DNA of 64,000 nt from Abditibacteriaceae bacterium (GCA_965277285.1 OZ255721.1:1760001-1824000), one strand, 5' to 3'; counted from the stretch's first letter, positions 10,964 through 22,187 are shown. Program-made: numbers and translations. The notes: a model not told the origin generated them from the letters alone.

Positions 10964-12193
10964 TTGCTTGTCGAAGATGATGAAGCTGATGTGCTTCTAG
11001 TTGGTTATGCGCTCGAAGAAATGCCGACCATCACGCCCGCGCTGATTCATGTGGCGCGCGTGAGCGAAGCCGAAGCGCTGCTCAAAATCAACACTATTGA
11101 TGTCGTTTTGCTCGATATGGGCTTACCGGACGCGCACGGACTGGAAGGTTTCGAGCGCCTGCAACGTTGCGCGCCGCAGATTCCCATTATCCTGCTGACA
11201 GGCTTCAACGATGAAGCGCGCGCGCTCGAAGCCTTGCAACGCGGGGCCGAAGATTACCTCATCAAAGGCAAAACCGACGCACCGCTTTTGGAGCGTTCGA
11301 TGCGTTACGCGATTGAGCGCAAGCGCAACGAAAGCGCGGTCTTAGATCTGGTGCGAGAACAGATCGCGCGCCAGGAAGCCGAAGCCGCCAACCGCGCCAA
11401 AGACGATTTCCTGGCGACGATTTCGCACGAACTGCGCACGCCTTTGAATGCAATTTTGGGCTGGTCGTCCTTGTTGTGCAGCGGCGAATTGACGGACGAA
11501 GCGATGCAACAAGCCGCGGAAACTATCGAACGCAACGCGCGCGTGCAGGTTCGTTTAATCGAAGATTTGCTCGACCTTTCGCGCATCGTGACCGGCAATT
11601 TCACTTTGCAAACCGCGTCCGTCGAACTGGGCGATGTGGTCGCCATCACTGCCGACAGCCTGCAACCCAACGCGCAGAAAAAACAGATCGCGCTACATCT
11701 CGACTTGGACTCGACAATTGTCGTCGAAGGCGACGCGACGCGACTTCAGCAGATCGCGTGGAATCTGCTTTCTAACGCCATCAAATTCACGCCCGAAAAT
11801 GGCACAATCCACGTTTCCCTACACCGTGGATTTCAAATCGCAGAATCGCAGAACGAGGCATTAAATGTCGAGGCAACAAAGATAGAAACACCAATCGAGT
11901 ACTCAAATGCCAAAGAAGTGCCTTCAAAATCCATTACCGATCATGCCGTTTTAATCGTTTGCGATTCGGGGCAAGGCATCGTACCCGAGTTTTTGCCACA
12001 CGTTTTCGAGCGCTTCCGCCAAGCCGACAGCTCCATCACGCGTCGTCACACCGGCCTGGGATTGGGGCTTTCCATCACGCGCAATCTGGTCGAACTGCAC
12101 GGCGGCACCATCGAAGCGCACAGCGACGGCGAAGATCACGGTGCCACTTTCACGGTTCGCCTGCCGTGCCTTTCCACTTCATCCAACCAATAA
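10964..12193 (+). CDS. Hybrid receiver-domain histidine kinase
   Basis: LVEDD receiver, SHELRTPL, NLLSNAIKF, GLGLGL. Start uncertain. Confidence 0.88.
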   Translation: MLVEDDEADVLLVGYALEEMPTITPALIHVARVSEAEALLKINTIDVVLLDMGLPDAHGLEGFERLQRCAPQIPIILLTGFNDEARALEALQRGAEDYLIKGKTDAPLLERSMRYAIERKRNESAVLDLVREQIARQEAEAANRAKDDFLATISHELRTPLNAILGWSSLLCSGELTDEAMQQAAETIERNARVQVRLIEDLLDLSRIVTGNFTLQTASVELGDVVAITADSLQPNAQKKQIALHLDLDSTIVVEGDATRLQQIAWNLLSNAIKFTPENGTIHVSLHRGFQIAESQNEALNVEATKIETPIEYSNAKEVPSKSITDHAVLIVCDSGQGIVPEFLPHVFERFRQADSSITRRHTGLGLGLSITRNLVELHGGTIEAHSDGEDHGATFTVRLPCLSTSSNQ

Positions 12194-12198
12194 GCAAA

Positions 12199-12290
12199 AG
12201 CGAACCCGAAGCATCGGCGAGGGAGATAATTTGCAACTATGACGCATCTCTCGTTGCTACTGTCTCCCTCGCTCACGCTTCGGGTTCGCT
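12199..12290. repeat. REPIN family A
   Basis: Inverted repeat pair between convergent genes. Confidence 0.8.
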
Positions 12291-12300
12291 AAAGATTTTG

Positions 12301-15300
12301 CTACTGTTTCGCTGCTGTCAACGCCAACAGAACAGGAACGCCGCGACGATCTGCGCCATACGTCATGTCAACGCTCGCAATCGCCACATCGGGACGCGGA
12401 TTGTTCCATTGCTTGGTATAAGCGACCGCGTAATCGTTCGAGTTGGCAAATTTGCTCGTCCACGCGATTTGCGCGCCCGAAATCGCTGTCGGTTGCGCTT
12501 GCCGATAGTTTTCGATGTCGGTTTCCGCATAAATTGGAATCGTCGCGCTCTGGCCATCGGCGTAATGCACGATGTAGCGCGCCATCTCAAAACGGCGATT
12601 GTTCTTGCGATCATCGTCGTTCATGCGATTGTCGATGCGCGCGGTTTGCAGAAAAAACAAGGCGTCCGCTTTCTGATGAACCGGAATGCCCATTACTTGC
12701 TGCGGCGGATTGTTGGGAATGCCATCGCTGCCCAGCATGATCGCGGTTGGGACAGGCGAAGTCGGAAAATCATAAATCGAGTACTCGATACCGCCGAAAA
12801 CCTGCTTGCCCGTTGGCAGCGCGTTAAAGGTAAAGTTCTTGTTGCCAAACCAGCCTTTGTCGTTGCGATATTGCGTCGCCTGATTGTGGATATCAATCGG
12901 CGTGTAGTTCAAACCGGCACCGGCGATAATGGTTTTGCCGACGGCGAAAGGCGCGTTCAAATTGCGCAAAATCGCGCTGAAGATGTTCAGTTTTTTGGTC
13001 GCGTTGACGGGAACCGCTTCGCTGTCCCTAAACAACAAATTGCACAACACCATGCCGCCGTTGCCGCGCGGATATTGAATCAAGCCGCCAACGTTGAGAA
13101 GCGGTTTGACGCGATTGTAAAAATCCGCCGGGCGCGCCGCTTTCAGATAAATGTTGTCCAATCCGATGACATCATTGCCCGAACCGCCTTGTTTGCCAGG
13201 CAAATGCTGCCAATCCAAAATTTGCACCGTGACGTTTTGTCCACTCAGCGGCGGATTGAGCGTTAAGGTTTGCGGATCGGCTGTCGGCAGAACGTTCCAC
13301 GATTGTTTTTTGCCATCGATGACCAGCCCGACTTTGGTTTGGCCGTTATACAACGTGTTGCCGACCCACGTCCATTCTGTGATGGTTTGCGGCTTGGAAA
13401 GTTTGAATGAAAGTTCCGCAGCGCCGCTTTTGGGCGCATCGAAGTTGTTGATCAGCTTCCAGCCATCGGCCTGAAAAAAGCCGTTGACCGCGTTGTTGTA
13501 GAGATAGTTGTCGGTCGTGCCAAACGGCGCCACATCGTCGTAGTCGACAATCGCGGAAAAGATGTCGTCCGCCACGTATTCGTCGGCTGTCCAAGGGAAA
13601 ATGCGTTCGCCGGACAACATCACGACATCGCCCAAAGTCAATCCCGCCGACAAAGGGTTGCGTGGAGTCGAAAGCTGCACGCGCTCGCGGCGCATCGGGC
13701 GAATCATGTGATTAAAGCCGACGATTTTGTTGTAATCGTCCAAACCTGCGGCACTCAAACCGTGAAACACAACGTAACCGCCGCTTTGCATGAACGCATT
13801 CAACTTCGTCATATTGGCGGACAATTGCTGCAAATTGGCGGGCGTCGCTTCGATGATCGCCAGTTTTGTCGCGGGATTGGAAATCGCCGTCAGCGCATCG
13901 TTCGCGTTCGAGTACTGAAGACCAATCGCATCTGCGGCTTTAGTCAATTGCGCGTCGCCGCTTGAAACTAATGAGACAGCGCGAAAAACTTGTTTATAAG
14001 TCGCGCCATAAGCGAGCAAATTGCTCATCAATTGCTGCGCGACGGCGTTATTGCCCAGCTTTTCGCCGACCAGAAGCTGCGACAAAAGCATGACACCTTT
14101 GCCAGTCGGCACTTCGACCAGAGCGGTTTGCGCCAGTCGCGGCCCGCATTGCACCAATGAACGCGCGCCACGAATCGGTTTCAAATAAGCGCTGCGATAA
14201 ACCGCGTTGTCGGGCGCCCAACCCATAAAATCGCCGCTCTGCAAACCGCGCATGGCGGGATGATTGAGGTCTTCAGGAAACGCAAGCGCGCCGCTGCTGA
14301 CCGAAATTTCCTCACCGAATTCGTTGCGCGAAGTCGCGGGCGCGACATCCATATCCGCCGTAATCGCCTGATATTTCAAAGGGTTTTTCTGATCGAGCAC
14401 AACGACGCTGCGTCCGCTCGACGCCCACGCCGCCAATGCACTCGAAGTGCTTTGCTCAACCGTCAGCGCATCTTCGCCAATTACAAGCACACGACCCGTT
14501 GCAGGCAAATTCGCCAGGCTGTTCAACATCGTAAAGGTTTGTCCGCTGTTTTTCAAGAAGGCGATTGTCGAACCGTTCGGGTCATAAACGAACAGATTTT
14601 TCGCGTTCAAACCCGCGACGATTTGCGCGTTCGATTCCGTCACAGCTTCAAAACTCGTGCGCTGAACAGAAGGTTTCAACGCCGTCGCAGAACTCCCAAG
14701 CGTAGCGACGCGCGGCAAAATCGACAGCATTTTTACGTCACGAAAAACTTCTTTACCAGCCGCTGATAGCGTCAAAATAAGGCGTGCGTTCTGGCGCGTT
14801 GTAACGTTCGGCATTGGAATCGTTTCGTCGAATTTGGAGTTTTCGCCAGGCGCGATGGTGTGAATTGTCGTCTTGCTCCAGACGGTTTTGCCGCCGCTTT
14901 CGAGTACTCGATTGAAGGTTAAAGGCGCGTTGTATTCACTGTCGTTAAAAATGCCGAAAGTGCGCACAACTTTCTGGCCGCTGCCGAACGTCGTGTCGTA
15001 TTGGCGCACGAAAACCGCGCGCGGGCTTTGCGAGTTCCACGGATTGACGACTTCGCCCGCGCCCGACCAAAACTGCCACGCGCTTTGACCGCTCCAGCGA
15101 TAACCTTCGGTCAGCATTCGATACAAAAAATCCCCTGCGGGACGCGCGGCGGCTTTGCTGAGAAACGCGCTTTCGCCGCCCCACTGCGCGTAATCGGCGG
15201 GATTGATGCCCGTCGCAAAATAATCTTCGCCGATGAAACGCGGGCGTTTTTGATCCCAAATCCAACGTCCGCGACCGCCACCTTCGGGGTTCGCCTGATA

Positions 15301-17529
15301 CGCCAAATCGGGATAACGCGTGTCACTTGGATTGAAAACGTAATGATTGCCATGAACCGGCAAAGTCTGAAATTTGGTCGCGCCGCCGCCATCGATCATC
15401 ACCGGACGCGTCGGATCTTCGGCCTGAATCACGTTCACCACGTCGGTGATTTTGTGTTCGTATTCGTCCATCAAAGGGCCGTTGCCCAGCAAATTGATGA
15501 GGTTGATGTAAGCGAACTCGTTTTCCGGCGACCAGATTTGAATCGACGCGTGATTGCGTTCGCCGCGCACCTGCTGCAACATCTGGTCGCGCCAGTTGTT
15601 CATCAGGTCGACTTTCATTTCCGAACCATTGTTGCGCGCCTTCATCGCCGCGTCGTTTTCGCTAAACGCGTAGCCAATCGCTTCGCCGTCGAGAGTTCCG
15701 TTGCGCCGCACTGTGACGCCACTTTTGTCGAAAAACGACAACACATCGCGCAATGGCATTGCCAGATAGCGCCACGAACCGCCGCCTTGACCTGGCATCA
15801 TCAAGCGAAAAGTGCGCTGATTGGTATCGCGGTAGCTTTTCAAAAAAGACGCGGTGTCGTTCGCGCCCAGCGGCGTCAAATCCGCCCACATCGGCCACTT
15901 GATGCCATTCAAAGTGAACTGCGTGCCGCGCGTCGCCCATTCGCGGAAACCGAACTGTGTATCTTTCGCATCAACGATTTTGTTGTTAATTACAACCGTC
16001 GTGCGCAACGTATAAAGATTCGGCTGATCGGGCCACCACAATTTAGCGTTTGGCCAACTTTCCGCGACATCGAGTACTCGATTTGCATTTGCGCCAATCG
16101 TAAACGTCTTCGGTGCGAAACTTTTCGCTACCGCGCCAGACGCATCAAGCGCCGCCCAGCGGACTTCGCCGGACACATTGGCGTTGGTCGAATTCGTCAA
16201 AGTAATCTGCGCCGCGAGTTGATGATTTGCAACCGAAGGTTTGACAAAAACATCGCTGGCATACGTCGAACCGGCGGACACCAAAGTTGGCGCTTCGAGC
16301 ATTCCCGATTGCGCATTGTTCCAGATCGGATACGCCAAATCCTGGAAACCTTGACCAAAGAAACCCATCGGAAGGTTGAACGTTCGGCGCAATTTCAGCG
16401 GATCGGCGGGGTTCGCCGTGCGGCCATACCACGCGTCGCGGATGCCGACGCGAATTTCGTTGTTGCCGCTTTTGATCGCTTTGGAAACATCGATTTGAAA
16501 CGGCGCCAGCGGGTTTTTGTTAAAGCCGCACAGTTGACCATTGACGACAACCGTCGTGTTCAGGCTGTTGAGAGGAAAGTCCAGAAAAAACGAACGCCCG
16601 CTTTGATTCGCGGGAACATCGACGTGCGTGCGATACCAAAGTCGGTGCGCCATTAATAAATCGGGGCGAGCCGCGTTTTTGTCGGAAGGAACCGCAATCG
16701 CTGTCCAATGCAGTTCCGGCGACAAGTTCGTCATCGGCGTGGCGACTTCGACGGGAGTTTGTTCATCGTCGCGCGCCACTTCCCAGTCGCCTGCGAGTTT
16801 CACCGAAGATCGAGTACTCGATGTCGCGTCCGGCAAGGCGAAAACGTGGTTTGTGGCGGCTTCATCGGTGGCGGTGCGAAAATTTTCGCCGGGCTTCCAT
16901 TTGCCGTTGGGATGAAATTCGCCGGGAACAATCGCAATCGCGTCGCTCGCGTACAAAATGCGCTGCGTTGCGCCTTTGGCGTCTTTGGTTTTCGGCAGGC
17001 GAATTTCCAGCGTGTGGTCGCCCGCGTTCAATTGTTGCGCGCCCAACTGAAGCCAGGCGACTTCGTTCCAATCCTGCAATTCCATCAAATCGGTCGTCAA
17101 TTGGTCGGGCGAAATTGGATTCCAGGCGCCATTATCCAGTCGCCAATCGAACGGCGAGCGCACGAACTCGTAACCAATACGATTCCAGATTTGATAATTG
17201 GCGGCTTTGGACGCGTTGAATTTGTAGTTCAAAACGAGTCCGTCGGCGGGAATCGCACTGCCCACATTTGCGGCATCGGCGCTGATTTGAAACCACGAAC
17301 CGCCGGACAAAAACTCGGAATGTCCCCAACCGGAAGTCTGGATTTTTAATTTGTCGCTGTTTTGCGCGTTGAGGCTCGCCGTGTTCTGGCTTTCGATCCA
17401 GATCGCATCGTTCTGCGCTTGCGCCGCGCTTGCAAAACTTACAATGGCGGCCATGACAAAGGCCGCGTTCCAAAATCGCTTCATATTCCGCATACGATTC
17501 GCTCCTCTGTCAGCCTTTGATGACGCCAT
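12301..17529 (-). CDS. Large secreted GH2-like glycoside hydrolase (1742 aa)
   Basis: Signal peptide; LWWPDQPNLY, FGFRE and RNHASIQIWSPENE GH2-type motifs. Start may be slightly downstream. Confidence 0.75.
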   Translation of the reverse strand: MASSKADRGANRMRNMKRFWNAAFVMAAIVSFASAAQAQNDAIWIESQNTASLNAQNSDKLKIQTSGWGHSEFLSGGSWFQISADAANVGSAIPADGLVLNYKFNASKAANYQIWNRIGYEFVRSPFDWRLDNGAWNPISPDQLTTDLMELQDWNEVAWLQLGAQQLNAGDHTLEIRLPKTKDAKGATQRILYASDAIAIVPGEFHPNGKWKPGENFRTATDEAATNHVFALPDATSSTRSSVKLAGDWEVARDDEQTPVEVATPMTNLSPELHWTAIAVPSDKNAARPDLLMAHRLWYRTHVDVPANQSGRSFFLDFPLNSLNTTVVVNGQLCGFNKNPLAPFQIDVSKAIKSGNNEIRVGIRDAWYGRTANPADPLKLRRTFNLPMGFFGQGFQDLAYPIWNNAQSGMLEAPTLVSAGSTYASDVFVKPSVANHQLAAQITLTNSTNANVSGEVRWAALDASGAVAKSFAPKTFTIGANANRVLDVAESWPNAKLWWPDQPNLYTLRTTVVINNKIVDAKDTQFGFREWATRGTQFTLNGIKWPMWADLTPLGANDTASFLKSYRDTNQRTFRLMMPGQGGGSWRYLAMPLRDVLSFFDKSGVTVRRNGTLDGEAIGYAFSENDAAMKARNNGSEMKVDLMNNWRDQMLQQVRGERNHASIQIWSPENEFAYINLINLLGNGPLMDEYEHKITDVVNVIQAEDPTRPVMIDGGGATKFQTLPVHGNHYVFNPSDTRYPDLAYQANPEGGGRGRWIWDQKRPRFIGEDYFATGINPADYAQWGGESAFLSKAAARPAGDFLYRMLTEGYRWSGQSAWQFWSGAGEVVNPWNSQSPRAVFVRQYDTTFGSGQKVVRTFGIFNDSEYNAPLTFNRVLESGGKTVWSKTTIHTIAPGENSKFDETIPMPNVTTRQNARLILTLSAAGKEVFRDVKMLSILPRVATLGSSATALKPSVQRTSFEAVTESNAQIVAGLNAKNLFVYDPNGSTIAFLKNSGQTFTMLNSLANLPATGRVLVIGEDALTVEQSTSSALAAWASSGRSVVVLDQKNPLKYQAITADMDVAPATSRNEFGEEISVSSGALAFPEDLNHPAMRGLQSGDFMGWAPDNAVYRSAYLKPIRGARSLVQCGPRLAQTALVEVPTGKGVMLLSQLLVGEKLGNNAVAQQLMSNLLAYGATYKQVFRAVSLVSSGDAQLTKAADAIGLQYSNANDALTAISNPATKLAIIEATPANLQQLSANMTKLNAFMQSGGYVVFHGLSAAGLDDYNKIVGFNHMIRPMRRERVQLSTPRNPLSAGLTLGDVVMLSGERIFPWTADEYVADDIFSAIVDYDDVAPFGTTDNYLYNNAVNGFFQADGWKLINNFDAPKSGAAELSFKLSKPQTITEWTWVGNTLYNGQTKVGLVIDGKKQSWNVLPTADPQTLTLNPPLSGQNVTVQILDWQHLPGKQGGSGNDVIGLDNIYLKAARPADFYNRVKPLLNVGGLIQYPRGNGGMVLCNLLFRDSEAVPVNATKKLNIFSAILRNLNAPFAVGKTIIAGAGLNYTPIDIHNQATQYRNDKGWFGNKNFTFNALPTGKQVFGGIEYSIYDFPTSPVPTAIMLGSDGIPNNPPQQVMGIPVHQKADALFFLQTARIDNRMNDDDRKNNRRFEMARYIVHYADGQSATIPIYAETDIENYRQAQPTAISGAQIAWTSKFANSNDYAVAYTKQWNNPRPDVAIASVDMTYGADRRGVPVLLALTAAKQ

Positions 17530-17705
17530 TTTGACAGCTCTGATTCAATTCCTCAGAACGTCCTAAAAAGTAGAAGAAAGTCATCGAACTCGCAGTTTGT
17601 CATTCTGAAGGCCGCAAAGAATCACATAAACTCAAGTTGCGACTTAATCAGTGCCTGCGAGTGAACTCGCAGACAAGTTCGAGTACTCGAAGCATCTGTG
17701 TTAGC

Positions 17706-18686
17706 TCACGCGTTGTAAGCGTTGAGGATTTTGTCGATCAATTCGTTGGTGCCAACGCTCGGTTTTTTGCGCGATTCGTCTTCATCGAACCATTTGAGAG
17801 CACGACGCACGCCTTCGCTAAACGGAATTGTCGCTTTGAAATCGGGCACAAAGGTTTTGATTTTGGTGTTGTCGAACAAGGCGCATTTCGCTTTGTCGCC
17901 CAAAAGTCCGGGGCCGATTCCGGCGTCGAAGCGCGCGATATAATCGCTGGAAACATGAACGATTTTGGGCGCGACGCCCAGAGCATCGCCGATAATCGTG
18001 TGAATCTGATCCCACGTCAAAGCTTCGTCGGACGTGATGTGAAACGGGTGTCCAATCGATTGAACGTTGCCCAGCAATCCAACGAAACCTTTGGCGAAAT
18101 CTTCCGAATGCGTCAAAGTCCACAGCGAAGAACCGTCGCCGTGTGAAATGATCGGTTGTCCGTTCAAGATGCGCGCGGGAATGGTGTAATCGCCGCCGAA
18201 AGTCGTCGGCAAGCCTTTGTCGTAAGTGTGCGAAGGCCGCACAATCGTCATCGGGAAACCTTCTTCGCGGTAAGCGCGATTGAGGCGTTCTTCGCAGGCG
18301 ATTTTGTTGCGCGAATATTCCCAGAACGGGTTATAAAGCGGCGTCGATTCGGCGATGAAGGGAAACGTTGGCCGACTTTGATAGGCCGACGCCGAAGAAA
18401 TGAAAATGAACTGCTTCGTCTTGCCGCGAAACAATTCGAGATCGGTTTCGATGTGCTGCGGCGTGAAAGCGATCCAATCGACCACGACATCAAAACTTTC
18501 GTTTTTCAAGGTTTCGCGCGCTTGTTCTACATTCCGAATATCGGCTTCGAGTACTCGAACGCCTTGTGGAATATCGGCATTGTTGCGCCCGCGATTGAGA
18601 AACGTCAGTTCAATTCCGCGCTGCACCGCCAAGCGGCTGCACCACGAGCTGATCGTTCCAGTTCCACCAATAAATAAAACTTTCAT
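17706..18686 (-). CDS. NAD-dependent epimerase/dehydratase (extended SDR)
   Basis: IGGTGTIS Rossmann motif; YSRNK catalytic YxxxK. Confidence 0.88.
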   Translation of the reverse strand: MKVLFIGGTGTISSWCSRLAVQRGIELTFLNRGRNNADIPQGVRVLEADIRNVEQARETLKNESFDVVVDWIAFTPQHIETDLELFRGKTKQFIFISSASAYQSRPTFPFIAESTPLYNPFWEYSRNKIACEERLNRAYREEGFPMTIVRPSHTYDKGLPTTFGGDYTIPARILNGQPIISHGDGSSLWTLTHSEDFAKGFVGLLGNVQSIGHPFHITSDEALTWDQIHTIIGDALGVAPKIVHVSSDYIARFDAGIGPGLLGDKAKCALFDNTKIKTFVPDFKATIPFSEGVRRALKWFDEDESRKKPSVGTNELIDKILNAYNA

Positions 18687-18751
18687 TCGATTCTCCTGAT
18701 AAGTATTGTTTCAATTGTAAGATTTGATAGTGGTTCAGATGAAGTCTCTGC

Positions 18752-18835
18752 ACGAACCCTGAGCGTCAGCGGCGGGCTTACGTAATAGCTACATGAAACT
18801 ATAAATTCAGCCCGTCGCTGACGCTCAGGGTTCGT
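18752..18835. repeat. REPIN family A variant
   Basis: ACGAACCCTGAGCGTCAGCGGCGGGCT ... AGCCCGTCGCTGACGCTCAGGGTTCGT. Confidence 0.8.
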
Positions 18836-18872
18836 TAATTTGGCTTACTTTATCTGAACCACTATCGAATGA

Positions 18873-21095
18873 TTAATGTCCCAGAACGCGCAGTTCATCG
18901 TGCGCGATTTCTTGAGCACGCGGCACATAAAGCAGCGTATATTCCGAGTTCCAGGTCGGTTGTTGGGGCGAGCGCAGAACCAGTTTCATCTGCGAAACAT
19001 TAGCGTGCGGCAACATGAAACGGATTTGCGGCCCAAGCAGGTTGACGTTATTTTGAACACAGGCAAAATCCCAACCGAGCAGGAAATGTTCGTTGTCGCC
19101 CAATTGTAAAACGGCTTCGATGCGTCCATTCGAGTACTCGATTGGTGCGTCGTTCAGCACAAACAGTTCGGGATTGAACACTTCGCCTTCGTGCCAGCGA
19201 AACTTGGCGATGCGCGCGCTGGCCAAAGTCGGGCGACAACTGTTGGCGACGTGTTGCAAGGCGGGTTTCGGTTTGTCCGGCCAATTCACCAGACTATTGT
19301 TGGCGGCGGTTGGCCACGGTTCGTTGAAGCACCAGTTCAAGGCCATCGAACAGGTCGGTTTCTGGCGGCGCGCTTCTTCAAACAAGGCTTTATAACCTTC
19401 GTTTTGCATCAATTGACCGCGCTCAACGATCTGCGCCACGTTTTGCGCCACGCCGAAATAATCTTCGACGACATCGAGCAAAAGCCAGGCGTTCGGCTCC
19501 CAAGCGGCAATCGCATGATGCGTTTCCCAGCTTGTGCCCAGACGCGGCGGAAACATTTCGTCCGGCGGAATGATACTTTCAAGCACATCCAAATTCGATG
19601 GGCCGCTGCAACCAAATTCGGTGTAAGCCGTCGCGCCCGCGTCCACGAAAAGCTGAAATGATTCGACGCCTTTGGCATCACGGAAAATATAAGAGCCGTG
19701 CGCCATTCCCATCAAAGGCGAAGTCATCAGAAACGGGCGATGCGGGTCGAGATCGTAGCAATTGCGGTTCAACAAGCGCAACGCTAAATCCTGATCGGTC
19801 ATACCCGACCACGCATTAAAAAGTTCGTTGCCGCCGCACCAAATCGCCAGCGACGCGTGATGGCGCAGGCGTTTGATAATCGACTGCGATTCGTCATCGA
19901 GTACTCGAAGGTATTCTGGCGTGCCTTCATAACGCGTGCAGGCGAGCGGAAATTCCTGCCAGACCATGATACCGCGCTCGTCGCAAATCTCAAAAAACGC
20001 GTCCTTGTTGACAATCGCGCCGCCCCAGCAACGCAAAATGTTCATGTTCGATTGTTGCACCAAGTTGAGCAACGAATCGTACGTTTCGCGCGTGATTTGT
20101 CCCGGAAAAATATCGGGCGCGACCCAATTCGAGCCTTTGGCGAAGATGCGGCGCCCATTGATTTGCAAAGTAATTGGCGGCGTGCTGCGCGTCTTTGGGA
20201 AACCTGAAGGCTCGTCCCACGCTGTCGGGTGCATCACCAACTGAACATCGCGGAAACCGATGCGCTGCGATCTTTCCTGGACAATTTTTTCGTCGTCCAA
20301 CAATTCAAAGCGCGAAGTGTAAAGAACGGCTTCGCCTTCGCCATTTGGCCACCACAGTTGCGGGTTTTCCAATTGCGCTTTGAAGACAACGTTTGATTCG
20401 CGCGCTTCGCTTTCCTGCGTCAAGACAGCTTGCCCGTTTGCATCGATCAAAGTCCAGCGCACGAGATTTCCCGATTGTGAAAGTTCGCAAGTCGCGGTGA
20501 TTTCGGCAATCGAGTACTCGTTGTTTAATTGCGACACGGTTTCGACGTTTTGAATGTGTTGCGCGCGTCGCGTTTCGAGAAAGGTTTCATCCCAGATACC
20601 CAGCGGAATCAAGCGCGGATGAAAATCCCAGCCGTAAGCGACCGCAGGTTTACACGATTGATTCGCCTGATCGCGCGTCGGCGGCTGTGGGCGCGATTTG
20701 GGCGCGGGAAACACCACAATTTGCAACGTGTCGCCGCCACGCATGCGCTGTGTCAAATCGATTTCAAACGGCTTGAACATTCCTTCGTGCGCATAAAGAA
20801 CTTTGCCGTTCAAGCGCACTTCATATTGATAATCAATGCCGCGACAAACGAAAAACAGGCGTTCGTTTTCCCTTATCGAAGCGGCGGGAAGTTCGGTTTC
20901 ATACGTCCAGAAAACGTCTTCCATCCATTCATAAGCGCGAAAATTGTCAGCGTAATTGTGGTCGGGCCAATCGTGAGCGCGCGCCCAATCGAGTTGAACA
21001 GCGCCAGGGATTTGCGCGGGCACGAACTTGTGCGGTCGAGTACTCGAATCGGGCGCTTGGCCGACGCGCCATTGCAAATCGTGTTGTGTTTTCAT
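18873..21095 (-). CDS. GH2 beta-mannosidase-like glycosidase
   Basis: YGWDFHPR, KGSNWVAPD, MNILRCWGG, WCGGNE, TEFG. Confidence 0.88.
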   Translation of the reverse strand: MKTQHDLQWRVGQAPDSSTRPHKFVPAQIPGAVQLDWARAHDWPDHNYADNFRAYEWMEDVFWTYETELPAASIRENERLFFVCRGIDYQYEVRLNGKVLYAHEGMFKPFEIDLTQRMRGGDTLQIVVFPAPKSRPQPPTRDQANQSCKPAVAYGWDFHPRLIPLGIWDETFLETRRAQHIQNVETVSQLNNEYSIAEITATCELSQSGNLVRWTLIDANGQAVLTQESEARESNVVFKAQLENPQLWWPNGEGEAVLYTSRFELLDDEKIVQERSQRIGFRDVQLVMHPTAWDEPSGFPKTRSTPPITLQINGRRIFAKGSNWVAPDIFPGQITRETYDSLLNLVQQSNMNILRCWGGAIVNKDAFFEICDERGIMVWQEFPLACTRYEGTPEYLRVLDDESQSIIKRLRHHASLAIWCGGNELFNAWSGMTDQDLALRLLNRNCYDLDPHRPFLMTSPLMGMAHGSYIFRDAKGVESFQLFVDAGATAYTEFGCSGPSNLDVLESIIPPDEMFPPRLGTSWETHHAIAAWEPNAWLLLDVVEDYFGVAQNVAQIVERGQLMQNEGYKALFEEARRQKPTCSMALNWCFNEPWPTAANNSLVNWPDKPKPALQHVANSCRPTLASARIAKFRWHEGEVFNPELFVLNDAPIEYSNGRIEAVLQLGDNEHFLLGWDFACVQNNVNLLGPQIRFMLPHANVSQMKLVLRSPQQPTWNSEYTLLYVPRAQEIAHDELRVLGH

Positions 21096-21156
21096 AATTC
21101 GGGTTCGTCATAGTTATAGCAATTCCGCACTGAAAACAAAACGAACCGGCAAACAA

Positions 21157-21245
21157 AGCGAACCCGAAGCGTAAGCGATGGGCTTGACTTGAGAGTTACA
21201 TCATACTTCTCAAGTCAAGCCCGTCGCTTACGCTTCGGGTTCGCT
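21157..21245. repeat. REPIN family A
   Basis: Long near-perfect inverted repeat. Confidence 0.85.
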
Positions 21246-21394
21246 GACATCTGGAAAGTTTATTCCCAGCCACGCAGGATTTTTCAGTTTCGTCCAGGTG
21301 AGCAGATTCGTCATCGACCATGCTGTCCAAGCGCGTCCGCAAATCCTCCGGCGATGGCGCGCCGTTTATCGAGTACTCGAACCTTCCCGAGCGT

Positions 21395-21832
21395 TTAATA
21401 ACGTCCGAAACGTTTCCTGTTCTTGCCAAAAACCTTCGCATCGAGCGACAAAACGCCTGGCCCGACCAAGAGGAACAAGAGTGCCACGAAAAAATACGCG
21501 AACGATAATTCCGCCGAAGGGCCGCTTCCCGCCAGCAACGGCTTGCCCGATTTCAGCATCGACAATGTGGCGACGAACATCGTACTCATCAGGCCAAAGC
21601 ACGCAATTGGCGTCAACAAACCGACGATCAGCGCCAAACCGCCGCCAAATTCGGAGATCGCCGCCAGCGCCTGCAAAATGCCAGGAACCGGCGCGTTTGG
21701 TCCCATCCAACCAAATGGGCTATGCATCTTCGGCCAGCCGTGAACCACGAACGCCAAGCCAATCGCCACGCGCAAAAACAGCAACCCGACAGCGCCCGGC
21801 CCTTCAATCCAATTCGGCCACAAACGATTCAT
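21395..21832 (-). CDS. DoxX-family membrane protein
   Basis: LRVAIG..F..HGWPK, EFGGGL, GPGVLSLD. Confidence 0.85.
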   Translation of the reverse strand: MNRLWPNWIEGPGAVGLLFLRVAIGLAFVVHGWPKMHSPFGWMGPNAPVPGILQALAAISEFGGGLALIVGLLTPIACFGLMSTMFVATLSMLKSGKPLLAGSGPSAELSFAYFFVALLFLLVGPGVLSLDAKVFGKNRKRFGRY

Positions 21833-21965
21833 CCTTTCTCCTTTTCGAGTACTCGATTCTCGAACTATCACACTCTCGAACTATCACACAAATGTACAAG
21901 GATCCGAACTGACTGGCGTCCACTTGCTACGGCTGGACTTTTGTGCCCAATGTGCGGTAAACGCC

Positions 21966-22175
21966 TCACGCCACGATAGGTTTCGCGGTGTAACCTTCTT
22001 CTTCAATCGCGGCGATTAAAGTGTTGGCATCGACGCCATCGTGTTCGACGACCGCGATGTCGGGATCGTTTTGCACATGAACAGCGCGCACCAAAGGCAC
22101 GTTTTGCAACGCTTTAGTGACGTGACCAACGCACGCCTGGCACATCATGCCGCTAATTTCCAATCGAGTTTTCAT
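21966..22175 (-). CDS. Heavy-metal-associated (CopZ-like) chaperone
   Basis: GMMCQAC motif; 69 aa. Confidence 0.88.
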   Translation of the reverse strand: MKTRLEISGMMCQACVGHVTKALQNVPLVRAVHVQNDPDIAVVEHDGVDANTLIAAIEEEGYTAKPIVA

Positions 22176-22187
22176 CGTTATCTCCTT

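Noticed and set aside
15001..16656. Long antisense ORFs (also 1641-2810, 11959-13266, 22236-23351, 40656-41825, 53339-54337)
   Set aside because: They shadow well-supported genes on the opposite strand and have no recognisable motifs.
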